NCBI GenBank assembly: GCA_964448205.1
Contig: CAYUVU010000266.1
Span: 1 to 51,420, forward strand
Length of the DNA stretch: 51,420 nucleotides
Source of the DNA: an uncultured Acidobacteriota bacterium
GTDB taxonomy: Bacteria > Acidobacteriota > Vicinamibacteria > Marinacidobacterales > Marinacidobacteraceae
Reading direction: 5' to 3'
A model generated the notes under the pieces. The model made no database searches and had not been told where the DNA came from. It saw only the letters and a list, made by a program, of their open reading frames with translations. Each line of letters begins with the position of its first letter. Position 1 is the stretch's first letter. The position numbers and the translations under genes are program-made. Below, piece after piece: positions 36,186 to 44,640 of this stretch.

Positions 36186-36292
36186 GGACAGACGCCTCGC
36201 TAGGGGTTTTCCGCTGAGGAAGTGACGCGGCTCAGCCGGAGTCCGTCATGACCGGGCCGCGTGACGTCTTCCACGGGCTGCTCCGGGCGGGG

Positions 36293-36877
36293 TCAGTCCT
36301 CCGCGTCGTCCGTTTCCTCGGAGGAGGCGGCGGAGACGGCCTCGTCATCGTCGGATCCGGGTTCGGCGGCCCGCTTCGCCGACACCTCCGTCGGGATGTC
36401 CGGCGTGGGTTCCACTCCGAGGGACCCGGCGGCGACCGGGGAGACCTCGATCGGGAGATCGACCTCGATCTCGCTGTGGAGCCGGACCACGGCCGATGCC
36501 TCGCCCGCCACCTTGATCGGGCCACCGAGGATGATGCGGTTGCGGGCGATCTCGAACCCGCCCTCGGCGAGCTGCCGGGCAATGTCCTGGACGGACACCG
36601 AGCCGTACAGCTCGTTGGAGTCGGTCTTGACCCGGCGCTCGAAACGGAGGGTGTGGCCCTCGAGGGAGCGGGCGAGAGCTTCGGCCGCCTCCCGTTCCTT
36701 GATCCTCTCTACCGACCACACCTTTCTCGCTTCGGCGACCTCCCGGCGGTTCTCGTCCGTGATCGGCACCGCGATCCGGCGGGGGAGCAGGTAGTTCCTG
36801 GCGTAACCCGGACGGACGTTGACTTCGTCGCCCGGTTCACCCAGGGCGTCCACGGGCTGTTTCAGCAGCAGGCGCAT
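36293..36877 (-). CDS. rplI: 50S ribosomal protein L9 with an acidic C-terminal tail of about 45 aa
   Basis: MRLLLKQPVDALGEPGDEVNVRPGYARNYLLPRRIAVP...; tail ...EPGSDDDEAVSAASSEETDDAED. Confidence 0.94.
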   Translation of the reverse strand: MRLLLKQPVDALGEPGDEVNVRPGYARNYLLPRRIAVPITDENRREVAEARKVWSVERIKEREAAEALARSLEGHTLRFERRVKTDSNELYGSVSVQDIARQLAEGGFEIARNRIILGGPIKVAGEASAVVRLHSEIEVDLPIEVSPVAAGSLGVEPTPDIPTEVSAKRAAEPGSDDDEAVSAASSEETDDAED

Positions 36878-36898
36878 GGCTCTTTCCCTCGCCAGCCT

Positions 36899-37144
36899 CT
36901 ATTCGTAGGGCAGGAGCGCCATCTGCCGGGCGCGCTTGATGGCGACCCGGATCTGGCGCTGGGCCCGGGCGCTGGCGCGCGACACCCGCCGCGGGGCGAT
37001 CTTGGCGCGGTCGCCGAGGAACTCGCGCAGAAAATCCACGTCCTTCCAGTCCACCCGGTCCACGCCATTCAGCAGTGGATTGACTCGCACCCGCCGGACG
37101 GACTGCCGGCGGCGGCGGCGAGGGGTCGCGGGTCTGTCGCTCAT
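36899..37144 (-). CDS. rpsR: 30S ribosomal protein S18
   Basis: ...[50 protein letters not shown]; ATGA overlap with the rpsF stop. Confidence 0.95.
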   Translation of the reverse strand: MSDRPATPRRRRRQSVRRVRVNPLLNGVDRVDWKDVDFLREFLGDRAKIAPRRVSRASARAQRQIRVAIKRARQMALLPYE

Positions 37145-37839
37145 GATGTCTCCTCCTCATTCTGAGTGGACGCGTCCGGTGGCGCGGCCTCTCCGGCGTC
37201 GGGCTCTCCGGCGTCGGGCTCCCCGGCGTCGGGCTCCCCGGCACCGGCTGCTTCCCCGGCGCCGGACTCACCGGCCGCCTCTTCGGGCGGCTTGGCGGCA
37301 GCCTCGCCGGCGGCCTCCTCGGGGGGCCTGGCGACATCCTCGCCGGCCGTTTCGCCGGACGGCTGGGCGGCAGGTTCGCCAGCTTCCTCGGCCGCTGCTT
37401 CCGCCGCCTTGGCGGCAGCCTCGGCAGCCGCGGCGGCCGCGCGGGCGGCTCGTTCCTCCCGCCGGCGCTGGTCTGCGGCCTGGTCCCGCTCGCGGGTTTC
37501 CTTGTCCGTCCGCAACACGATGAAGCGCAGTACGCCCTCGGCGAGGCGAACGCGGCTTTCGATTCCCCGGATGGAGGCCGGGGGCGCATCGAAGTAACAG
37601 AGGATGTAGAGGCCTTCATGGTGCCCGGCGATGGGGTACGCCAGCCGCCGCCGCTCCCAGGGTTTGAGGCTGACGATCTCGCCTCCCTGCCCCTTCACGA
37701 TGCCCTCCACGCGCTCGACCACCGCCAGGGAGGCCGCGTCGTCGAGGGTCGGATCCAGAATGAACATGAACTCGTAGCCGTTCATGAGGGAATCCGGTGA
37801 GGGCGGCGCCGCCGTCCGGGGACTCGACTGTTCGCTCAT
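37141..37839 (-). CDS. rpsF: 30S ribosomal protein S6 with a low-complexity C-terminal extension of about 120 aa
   Basis: Core [14 protein letters not shown]...[30 protein letters not shown]. Ala/Glu/Pro-rich tail ending (AGEPD)x3. Alternative ATG at 37785. Confidence 0.92.
   Translation of the reverse strand: MSEQSSPRTAAPPSPDSLMNGYEFMFILDPTLDDAASLAVVERVEGIVKGQGGEIVSLKPWERRRLAYPIAGHHEGLYILCYFDAPPASIRGIESRVRLAEGVLRFIVLRTDKETRERDQAADQRRREERAARAAAAAAEAAAKAAEAAAEEAGEPAAQPSGETAGEDVARPPEEAAGEAAAKPPEEAAGESGAGEAAGAGEPDAGEPDAGEPDAGEAAPPDASTQNEEETS
37191..37235. repeat. 3 x 15-bp tandem repeat inside the rpsF tail
   Basis: ctccggcgtcgggct twice, then ccccggcgtcgggct, with degenerate flanking copies. 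Encodes AGEPD repeats on the minus strand. Confidence 0.9.
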
Positions 37840-37912
37840 TCGAGAGTGTCTCCAGCGTCACCTGTGACGCACCCCGCAAGGGACCGTGCGGGACTCTGCG
37901 GGCGGTTCCGCA

Positions 37913-38479
37913 TCAGGCGGCCGCCCGGTTGAACCGGTTCATGGCAGTTTCGATCCCCTGCCCGACCGCGGTTTCGATGGCCCGCACCGTGCGCTCCAGC
38001 AGATCGTCCACCGCCGCGGCCTCCGGAGGGGCAAAGTGAGAAAGCACGAAGTCGGCCGGATCTTCTCCCGCGGGGGGATTCCCGATCCCGAGGCGCATCC
38101 TGGGAATCTCGTCGGTCCCGAGCGAGGCGAGGATGGACGCGAGGCCGTTGTGGCCCCCGTCGCTCCCCCGGCGGCGGGTCCTGATCGTTCCGAGCGGCAG
38201 GGCGTAGTCGTCGCAGACGACGAGCGTCTCTTCCGGTGAACGGCCCTCACTCTGGAGAAGGCGCCGCACCGGACCCCCGCTCCGATTCATGTAGCCCATG
38301 GGACGCAGCAGGCCGACCTTCCGTCCGGCGATCTCGGCCTCGACGAGAAGGCCCCCGTCGAAGTGCCGGGTCCGAACGGACCGCTCTTCGAGGAGCGCGG
38401 CCACGGCGTCAAAGCCGATGTTGTGCCGGGTCCCCTCATACCGGACCCCCGGATTGCCGAGCCCCACCACGATCTGCAC
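37913..38479 (-). CDS. pth: peptidyl-tRNA hydrolase
   Basis: VQIVVGLGNPGVRYEGTRHNIGF...GGHNGLASI. Start set at GTG 38479 (GAGG 5 nt upstream). The track ORF extends to GTG 38608. Confidence 0.88.
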   Translation of the reverse strand: MQIVVGLGNPGVRYEGTRHNIGFDAVAALLEERSVRTRHFDGGLLVEAEIAGRKVGLLRPMGYMNRSGGPVRRLLQSEGRSPEETLVVCDDYALPLGTIRTRRRGSDGGHNGLASILASLGTDEIPRMRLGIGNPPAGEDPADFVLSHFAPPEAAAVDDLLERTVRAIETAVGQGIETAMNRFNRAAA

Positions 38480-38632
38480 CGGAACCTCGACGCGGGTCGG
38501 AGTCTCGTGCGGCGTCCCGCCGGGGGCGCCGCCAGTCACGCCCGCGGAAGGATCGCTCACCGCGGTCGCCGGCCACGGAGCGGCCCGGGGAAAGGGACTG
38601 GGCAACACGCTGGATCAGAGGGGTTCCGCCGG

Positions 38633-39250
38633 TCACTCTTCCGGCTCTTCTTCTTCTTCACTCTCGTCTTCCTGCTCGACCTCGTCGGTTCCCTTCGGGG
38701 GAGAGACGTGGACGATGACCACGTCCCGGTCCGTCGCGAGGGTGAGTCCCTCCGGCAGGTCGATGTCCGACGCCCGGACGGTGTCGCCGTAGTCGAGCTC
38801 GCCCACGGCGAGAGGAAGGTACTCCGGAATGTCGTGCGGCAGGCAGCTGACGGTGAGCGATCGGCTGATGAAGTCGAGGTGGCCGCCACGCTTGACGCCG
38901 ACGGACTCGCCTTCGAGGTGAACGGGAACGTGCCAGTCCGAAGCCTTGTCCGGGTCCACGCGCATGAGGTCCGCATGCAGGACCGAATGGTCGAGCGGAT
39001 GCAGTTGGTAGTCGTGGATCATCACCTGCTCCAGGCTCTCCTCGCCGTCGATCTCGAGCGAGAAGATGGTGTTCACTCCCCGCGGAGACCGGACGATGTC
39101 GGTGACGTGGCGGGGTGAGACGGTGAGCGAACGGGAGCCGGCGGAGCCGCCATAGACGACGGCCGGAATCATCCCGGCGGCCCGCAGGCGGCGGTTCGGC
39201 CCCTTGCCGACGGCAGTGCGGGAACTCGCGGGAATCGAGAGCTGAGCCAT
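38633..39250 (-). CDS. rplY: 50S ribosomal protein L25/Ctc (long form) with an acidic tail
   Basis: Internal ATG (cat at 39248-39250): MAQLSIPASSRTAVGKGPNRRLRAAGMIPAVVYGG...; tail EVEQEDESEEEEEPEE. Confidence 0.92.
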   Translation of the reverse strand: MAQLSIPASSRTAVGKGPNRRLRAAGMIPAVVYGGSAGSRSLTVSPRHVTDIVRSPRGVNTIFSLEIDGEESLEQVMIHDYQLHPLDHSVLHADLMRVDPDKASDWHVPVHLEGESVGVKRGGHLDFISRSLTVSCLPHDIPEYLPLAVGELDYGDTVRASDIDLPEGLTLATDRDVVIVHVSPPKGTDEVEQEDESEEEEEPEE

Positions 39251-39475
39251 GGAGTGTGCGTGGGGTTGTTCGTGATGGACAGAGTTGCGCGGAGGCCCGG
39301 AAACGGGAAGAGGGGACGCGGGCAGCGTCGTCCTCGAAGGTCCTTCTCGGCGGGCTCCGGAGGAGTGCGACCCAAGAAGTCCGGTGGATGTCGCCGCGGC
39401 GCCATCCACTCCTCAGCGGCGATGCAGGGCGCGGAAGTCTAGCAGCCTGACACCGGTTCCCGTGCCGGCCAAATC

Positions 39476-39497
39476 CTCGCAGCGCCGTTGCTGCGAG
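39476..39497 (-). terminator. 8-bp hairpin after prs (weak terminator candidate)
   Basis: ctcgcagc-gccgtt-gctgcgag, perfect arms. On minus-strand RNA it is followed by GAUUUGG, a short U run. Confidence 0.3.
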
Positions 39498-39543
39498 ATC
39501 GCGGGCCGGTGGGTCGGCCGACAGCCGCGATGGCGCCGCGGGG

Positions 39544-40536
39544 TCAGACGAAGAGGGAGCTGACCGAGTCCTCCCCGTGCACGCTTTCGATCGCCCGCGC
39601 GAAGAGCGAAGCCACGGAAAGGACCTCGATCTTGCTGCCCGGCGCTCGCGCTTCGGGCGCGAGGGGAATGGTGTCTCCCACGATCAGGCGCTCGAGCGGA
39701 CCCTTCCGGATCCGTTCCACCGCGGGCCCGGAAAGGACCGCGTGGGTGCAGACGGCGAGCACCCGGGTCGCCCCATCCTGATGGAGCGCTTCCGCGGCGC
39801 GGACGAGCGTCCCGGCGGAATCGACGATGTCGTCCACGATCACCGCGGGCCGGCCCCGCACGTCGCCCACCACGTGCATGGTCTCGACTTCGTTGTCGCT
39901 GCCGCGCCGCTTGTCCATGACCGCGATGCCGACTCCGAGTTTCTTGCCGTAGGCGCGCGCCCGTTCCACGCCCCCGGCGTCCGGCGAAACGACCACCGGC
40001 CTGTCCAGCTCGAGGCGCGGCAGGTGGTCCAGCACCACCGGAGTCGCGTACAGGTGATCCACCGGAATGTCGAAGAACCCCTGGATCTGGCCGACGTGGA
40101 GGTCCATGCAGATGACCCGGTGCACCCCGGCGACGGTCAGCAGGTCGGCCACCAGTTTCGCGGAGATCGGGACCCGGGGACGGTCCTTCCGGTCCTGGCG
40201 CGCGTACCCGTAGTAGGGGATCACCGCGTTGATCCGGGCCGCCGACGCCCGTTTGAGCGCGTCCACCATGATGAGGAGTTCCATCAGGTTCTCGTTGACG
40301 GGCGGCGACGTGGACTGGATCACGAAGGCGTCCGCGCCACGGACGTTGTCCCTGATCTGGAAGCGGACCTCTCCGTCGCGAAAACGGTCCAGCGTCGCCT
40401 CCGAGAGGGGAACGCCGAGGTTCCGCGCGATCGCGGCCGCCAGGTCCGGATTGGATGAGCCCCCGATGACCTTCAGTTCGCCCGCAAAGCCATGGGTCGG
40501 GCTCTGGCACTGGCGGTCGCGGGTGGATTCGGTCAT
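39544..40536 (-). CDS. prs: ribose-phosphate pyrophosphokinase
   Basis: LKVIGGSSNPDLAAAIA..., DLHVGQIQGFFDIPVDHLY, VSPDAGGVERARAY, VDDIVDSAGTL. Confidence 0.95.
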   Translation of the reverse strand: MTESTRDRQCQSPTHGFAGELKVIGGSSNPDLAAAIARNLGVPLSEATLDRFRDGEVRFQIRDNVRGADAFVIQSTSPPVNENLMELLIMVDALKRASAARINAVIPYYGYARQDRKDRPRVPISAKLVADLLTVAGVHRVICMDLHVGQIQGFFDIPVDHLYATPVVLDHLPRLELDRPVVVSPDAGGVERARAYGKKLGVGIAVMDKRRGSDNEVETMHVVGDVRGRPAVIVDDIVDSAGTLVRAAEALHQDGATRVLAVCTHAVLSGPAVERIRKGPLERLIVGDTIPLAPEARAPGSKIEVLSVASLFARAIESVHGEDSVSSLFV

Positions 40537-40621
40537 CTCGATCGGGCGGACGGCGCAGTGCGGACGCCCAGCGGGGAGCGCCCGCGTCGGAGCATCACGG
40601 ACCGATCACCGGAACTGCGGG

Positions 40622-40693
40622 CTGGGGCGGAAGGATTCGAACCCTCGTAGACCGGAACCAAAACCCGGCGCCTATCCCCTCGGCCACGCCCCA
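40622..40693 (-). tRNA. tRNA-Gln (anticodon TTG); CCA not encoded
   Basis: TGGGGCG-TG-GCCGAGGGGATAGGCG-CCGGG TTTTGGT TCCGG-TCTAC-GAGGG TTCGAAT CCTTC-CGCCCCA-G. Close to the E. coli tRNA-Gln architecture. Confidence 0.9.
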
Positions 40694-41655
40694 TCCGGCC
40701 AGTTCCCCTGAAGGGCCGCCCGGTGTTCGCTGCGGGTGATCGTGCGGGTCGCGATTGCCCGAAGGTTAGCCTCCGAAAGGCGGGCGGCCGCGCGCGCCGC
40801 CTGCTCCGGGCCGGCAAAGACGCCGAACACCGCCGAACCGCTTCCCGACATGGCCGTCTCCAGGGCTCCGGCGGCCTTCAGGGCGCTCCGCATCCTCGAA
40901 ATGGCGTCGGGAGGCCGGGTCGTTTGCAGCACGGTGGACCGTTCGAGGTCGTTCGGGAAGCAGCCCGCGAGGAGCTTGCCACTGAGTTGGGGCCCCGAGG
41001 GACCCGACGCGAGAAACCGTACCAGACTATCGGGCCGTTCGGACCCGTCCTCTCGGCGGGGAGCAGCCGGCGGTTGCGGCAGACCGCGATAGGCCTCCGG
41101 GGTCGAGATACCGAACTCCGGAATCAGGAGGACCAACGGGAGTTCCGCTGCGTCGGCCAGCGGGAAAACGTGCTCGCCGCGGCCGGTGGCAAGGGCCAGC
41201 CCCCCGTAGAGGAAGAAAGGCGCGTCCATTCCGACCTCGACCAACACGCGGTGCAGCACGCGGCGGCTCAGGCCGAGGCCGAACAGGCGGTTGAGACCGA
41301 TGAGCGCCGCCGCGGCGTTCGAGCTTCCGCCGCCGAGTCCGCGGCCGGCCGGGATCTTCTTCCGGAGCCGGATGCGCGCGCCGGGAAGGCGCCGGCCGAG
41401 CAGATCCTCGAGCCGCGACGCGGCACGGAGCACCAGGTTCGTCTCGTCCGTGGGGATCGAGGGGCTGTCGCATTCCAGCCGCAGCCCCTCTCCGCCCGCC
41501 TCGAAGTCGAGGGCGTCCCAGAGATCCACGCCGGTCAGCAGGGTGCGGACCGTGTGGTACCCGTCGGGCCGCCGCGAGAGGACCCGCAAGCCCAGGTTGA
41601 TCTTGGCGGGAGTCCTGATTCCCAGGCGGCGGGCAGCGGGGTCCGGACCAGCCAC
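40672..41655 (-). CDS. ispE: 4-diphosphocytidyl-2-C-methyl-D-erythritol kinase
   Basis: PAKINLGLRVL..., KKIPAGRGLGGGSSNAAAAL, MSGSGSAVFG. GTG start. The last 7 codons overlap tRNA-Gln. Confidence 0.92.
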   Translation of the reverse strand: MAGPDPAARRLGIRTPAKINLGLRVLSRRPDGYHTVRTLLTGVDLWDALDFEAGGEGLRLECDSPSIPTDETNLVLRAASRLEDLLGRRLPGARIRLRKKIPAGRGLGGGSSNAAAALIGLNRLFGLGLSRRVLHRVLVEVGMDAPFFLYGGLALATGRGEHVFPLADAAELPLVLLIPEFGISTPEAYRGLPQPPAAPRREDGSERPDSLVRFLASGPSGPQLSGKLLAGCFPNDLERSTVLQTTRPPDAISRMRSALKAAGALETAMSGSGSAVFGVFAGPEQAARAAARLSEANLRAIATRTITRSEHRAALQGNWPDGAWPRG

Positions 41656-41658
41656 CTT

Positions 41659-42324
41659 TCAACGCTCCGGCAGCCGCGAGGCCCGGCTCAGCTCGCGGAC
41701 CTCCGCCCGCCGGTAATCGGCCGGTGTCCTCACCTCGAAGGAGTCAGGGTGCAGGGAGGTGTTCACCTCGAGTTCCTCGACCGTCAGGGTGGCGCGCGTG
41801 CGCTCGGACTCGACCTCGACCCGGCGCGGCACCTGGCGTCCCTGGCGCCGGTAGCGGCCGGGATAGCGAGCCTCGTAACCGGGAGCCACGACCCGCCGCA
41901 CCTGGCCACCGTCCGCCGGATCGTCCCACCAGATCGCGGCCCCGGTGTCGAGAACGGCGGACCCGTTCGCCGGGAGCGACCGCAGATTCTCCGAGCCGCC
42001 GATCGGGACTCCGCTTCCCGCGAGCAGGGCTGCGATCGCCTCGCGCCCCACGGAAACGCCGAGCAGCGGTCCCGTGAACTCCTCCAGTTCCTCTCCTTCC
42101 GCGAACGCCCTCTCCGCCGGCACCACGAGGCGCGCCTCGCCCGGGCGGGCCACGAGTGTCCAGCGGGAGCCGCCGACCGGAGCGAAGAGCTCCAGGCGCA
42201 TGGCCTCGACGGCTTCGGGGTCCGCGCCTCCGGACGGACGGGCGAAGACCACCAGCAGCCGGCCCGAGAAGCGGCCGCGCTCACCGTCGCCGCGAAGCGT
42301 CACGACGGCCTGATACCGGCGCAC
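41659..42324 (-). CDS. LolB-like (LolA/LolB-fold) putative outer-membrane lipoprotein-localisation protein; 5' end unresolved
   Basis: Sits directly upstream of ispE-tRNA-Gln-prs, as lolB does in E. coli. MRLELFAPVGGSRWTLVARPGEARLVV resembles E. coli LolB [26 protein letters not shown]. The first canonical start is GTG 42324. Confidence 0.6.
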   Translation of the reverse strand: MRRYQAVVTLRGDGERGRFSGRLLVVFARPSGGADPEAVEAMRLELFAPVGGSRWTLVARPGEARLVVPAERAFAEGEELEEFTGPLLGVSVGREAIAALLAGSGVPIGGSENLRSLPANGSAVLDTGAAIWWDDPADGGQVRRVVAPGYEARYPGRYRRQGRQVPRRVEVESERTRATLTVEELEVNTSLHPDSFEVRTPADYRRAEVRELSRASRLPER

Positions 42325-42526
42325 GCCCGCGGCCAGCCTGGCCGTCTCGTCCAGCAGCCGAAACGCCGCGGGCTCGTCCAGGGGCGCCGCCGGAACCCGG
42401 CCCGCCCGGGCCGCGCACCCCGCGGAAGCGGCGAGGCCGCAGAGGATCGCGAGTCCCGGCGCCGCGCCCCGGTGACGGAAACGGCCGAGCCGCGGACGCT
42501 CCGGGGCAACCGGGGCCGCTGGGGCG

Positions 42527-44554
42527 CTATTCCGGATCGTTCCCGGCTTCCTCGATTTTTCGGGCGATCGCCTCTCGTTCGAGTTCCTGGTCGCCGTCGT
42601 GCTGGAGAGCCATCCGCCAGAAGCGGACCGCTTCCTCGCTGTTTCCCTTCGCCCGGTAGAGATCTCCGAGGTGGTCCAGGACCACGCTGTTCTCCGGCAT
42701 GCACTGCCGGGCCCGAAGCAGGTTCGGCTCCGCCAGGTTCAACTCGCCCTGCCGGAACTGCACCCAGCCGAGACTGTCCAGGTAGGAACCGTTGTACGGG
42801 TCCTCCGCGAGCGCCCGCTGGATCAGTTCCTCCGATTCCGCCAGCCGGTCGGTTCCGTCGGCGAGCATGTAGCCGAGATAGTTGAGCGCGAGGTCGTGGT
42901 CGGGCTCCGCGGCGATCACCCGGCGGAACTCCGCCTCCGCCTCCTCGAGCTTCCCCTGCCGCTCGAGCAGGGCGCCGAGCTGGAATCGAAAGTCCGGGTC
43001 ATCCGCCCGCGCTTCGAGCCACCCGCGGGTAATCCGCTCCGCCGCCGGCAGGTCGCCCCTTTCGGCGTGGTGGCGGACCAGCGCGTGGACCGCTCCCCCC
43101 GTCTCGGGATACTCGGCCACCAGGGCCCTGAGGATTCCAAGCGCGGCGTCGTTCCGGCCTCCCGCATTCAGCACCCGGGCCTGGAGCGCGAGCAGGCCCG
43201 GTTCCCCCGGCCGATCCGCGATCAGCGCTTCGACCAGCACGGCTGCTTCGTCCGGCTGGCCGGCTGCCACCCGGTTCTGCACGAGGGCCACCCGATACCG
43301 GAAAGCCTCGACACTGTCCCCGGAGAGCCGGAAGGCTTCGTCGAGCGCGTCGTACGCCTCCTCGTACTCTCCGAGGTGCTCCAGCACCTGCGCGAGCCGG
43401 GCGAGGGTTTCCCGGCGGTGGCGGGAGCCGTAGGAGTCCCGGGGGAGCGCTACCACTGCCTGGAATTCCTCGGCCGCCCTGGCGTACTCGCAGCGGGTGG
43501 CGAAGACGCCGCCGAGCGCCATCCGCGCCGGGACGCTCCGGCTGTTCTCCTCCAGCAGCCGCAGCAGGGCCGCTTCCGCATCCTCGAGCTGACGCTGCTG
43601 CCTCCGCACCATCGCCAGACCCATGAGGGCGATTTCGCTGCGGGGCTCCGCCGCGAGGATCCGTTCGAAGGCCTCGGCGGCGGCCTCCAGGCGGCCCAGG
43701 CGGGCCAGGCCGTCCGCGAGGGACAGGCGGAGTCCCTGATCGTCGGGATGGTCGGCGGATCCCTTCTCGTAGAGGGCGACGACCTCGGCCAGGGCTTCGT
43801 CGGGCGACCGGCCGGGGATCCCGCGGTCGCGCAGGAGATCGTCCACCATCTCCCGTGCTTCGGGCTGGCGCGGTTCGATGCGAAGCGACTGCAGCAGGTA
43901 GTCGAACGCCTGCTCCCGGTCTCCGGCGGACAGGCGGAGTTGCGCGAGGAGCAGCAAATCGCTGTAAGCGTCCGGGGCGCGGCTCAGAATCTCGCGAAGA
44001 TGCGTCGCCGCCTCCTCGCCGCGTTGCAGGGCGGCGAGCAGCCGAGCCAGCTGGGAGCGGCTCCGGAGGTCCTCGGGATCGAGGCGGACCGCCTCGCCCA
44101 GTGAAGAGACCGCGCGCTCCGCGGCCTCGGGGTCGTCTCCCGACCGGAGGCGGCGAAAGTACACCGCGCCGAGCGCCCGGTGGGCGGCGGCGGCGTCCGG
44201 GTCCCGCTCCACCGCTTCCGCGGCGGCCGCTTCGGCGGCCTCCAGGTCGCGGGTGGAGAGGCTGAGGTTGGCGATCTCGATGAGCGGATCGACCGCCTGG
44301 GGATCGAGTTCGGCAGCCCGCCGGTACGCGGCGATCGCTTCGCCGCGCTCGCCGGACATCTGCGCGATCCGGCCCTCGCCGAAGACCCGGTAAGCCTCGG
44401 CGACGGGATCGACCGCGACCGGATCCTCAGCCGCGTCTTCGGCTTCGGCCTGCTCCGGGGCCTCCTCGACGGGAACGGGTTCCTGGGCGCCGTAGATCCT
44501 CACGGGGAACGCCACGAGAAGCGCCAGCAGCGCCCACAGGGCCATCCGGGACAT
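42527..44554 (-). CDS. secreted tetratricopeptide-repeat (TPR) protein
   Basis: Signal peptide MSRMALWALLALLVAFPVRIYGAQEP, followed by repeated 34-aa A/L/Y/G-patterned helices along all 675 aa. Confidence 0.85.
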   Translation of the reverse strand: MSRMALWALLALLVAFPVRIYGAQEPVPVEEAPEQAEAEDAAEDPVAVDPVAEAYRVFGEGRIAQMSGERGEAIAAYRRAAELDPQAVDPLIEIANLSLSTRDLEAAEAAAAEAVERDPDAAAAHRALGAVYFRRLRSGDDPEAAERAVSSLGEAVRLDPEDLRSRSQLARLLAALQRGEEAATHLREILSRAPDAYSDLLLLAQLRLSAGDREQAFDYLLQSLRIEPRQPEAREMVDDLLRDRGIPGRSPDEALAEVVALYEKGSADHPDDQGLRLSLADGLARLGRLEAAAEAFERILAAEPRSEIALMGLAMVRRQQRQLEDAEAALLRLLEENSRSVPARMALGGVFATRCEYARAAEEFQAVVALPRDSYGSRHRRETLARLAQVLEHLGEYEEAYDALDEAFRLSGDSVEAFRYRVALVQNRVAAGQPDEAAVLVEALIADRPGEPGLLALQARVLNAGGRNDAALGILRALVAEYPETGGAVHALVRHHAERGDLPAAERITRGWLEARADDPDFRFQLGALLERQGKLEEAEAEFRRVIAAEPDHDLALNYLGYMLADGTDRLAESEELIQRALAEDPYNGSYLDSLGWVQFRQGELNLAEPNLLRARQCMPENSVVLDHLGDLYRAKGNSEEAVRFWRMALQHDGDQELEREAIARKIEEAGNDPE

Positions 44555-44640
44555 GAACCGGGGAATTTATCGCTGCCGGACGGCGCACACGGCCTGGGAC
44601 GCCGGCGGCGTCACACGGGCTCGCAGCGTACCGAGGTCAC

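Noticed and set aside
37191-37235. The 15-bp tandem repeat, considered as a CRISPR or other intergenic repeat array.
   Set aside because: The units are directly abutting with no spacers, in frame inside rpsF, and encode AGEPD. This is a coding microsatellite, not CRISPR.
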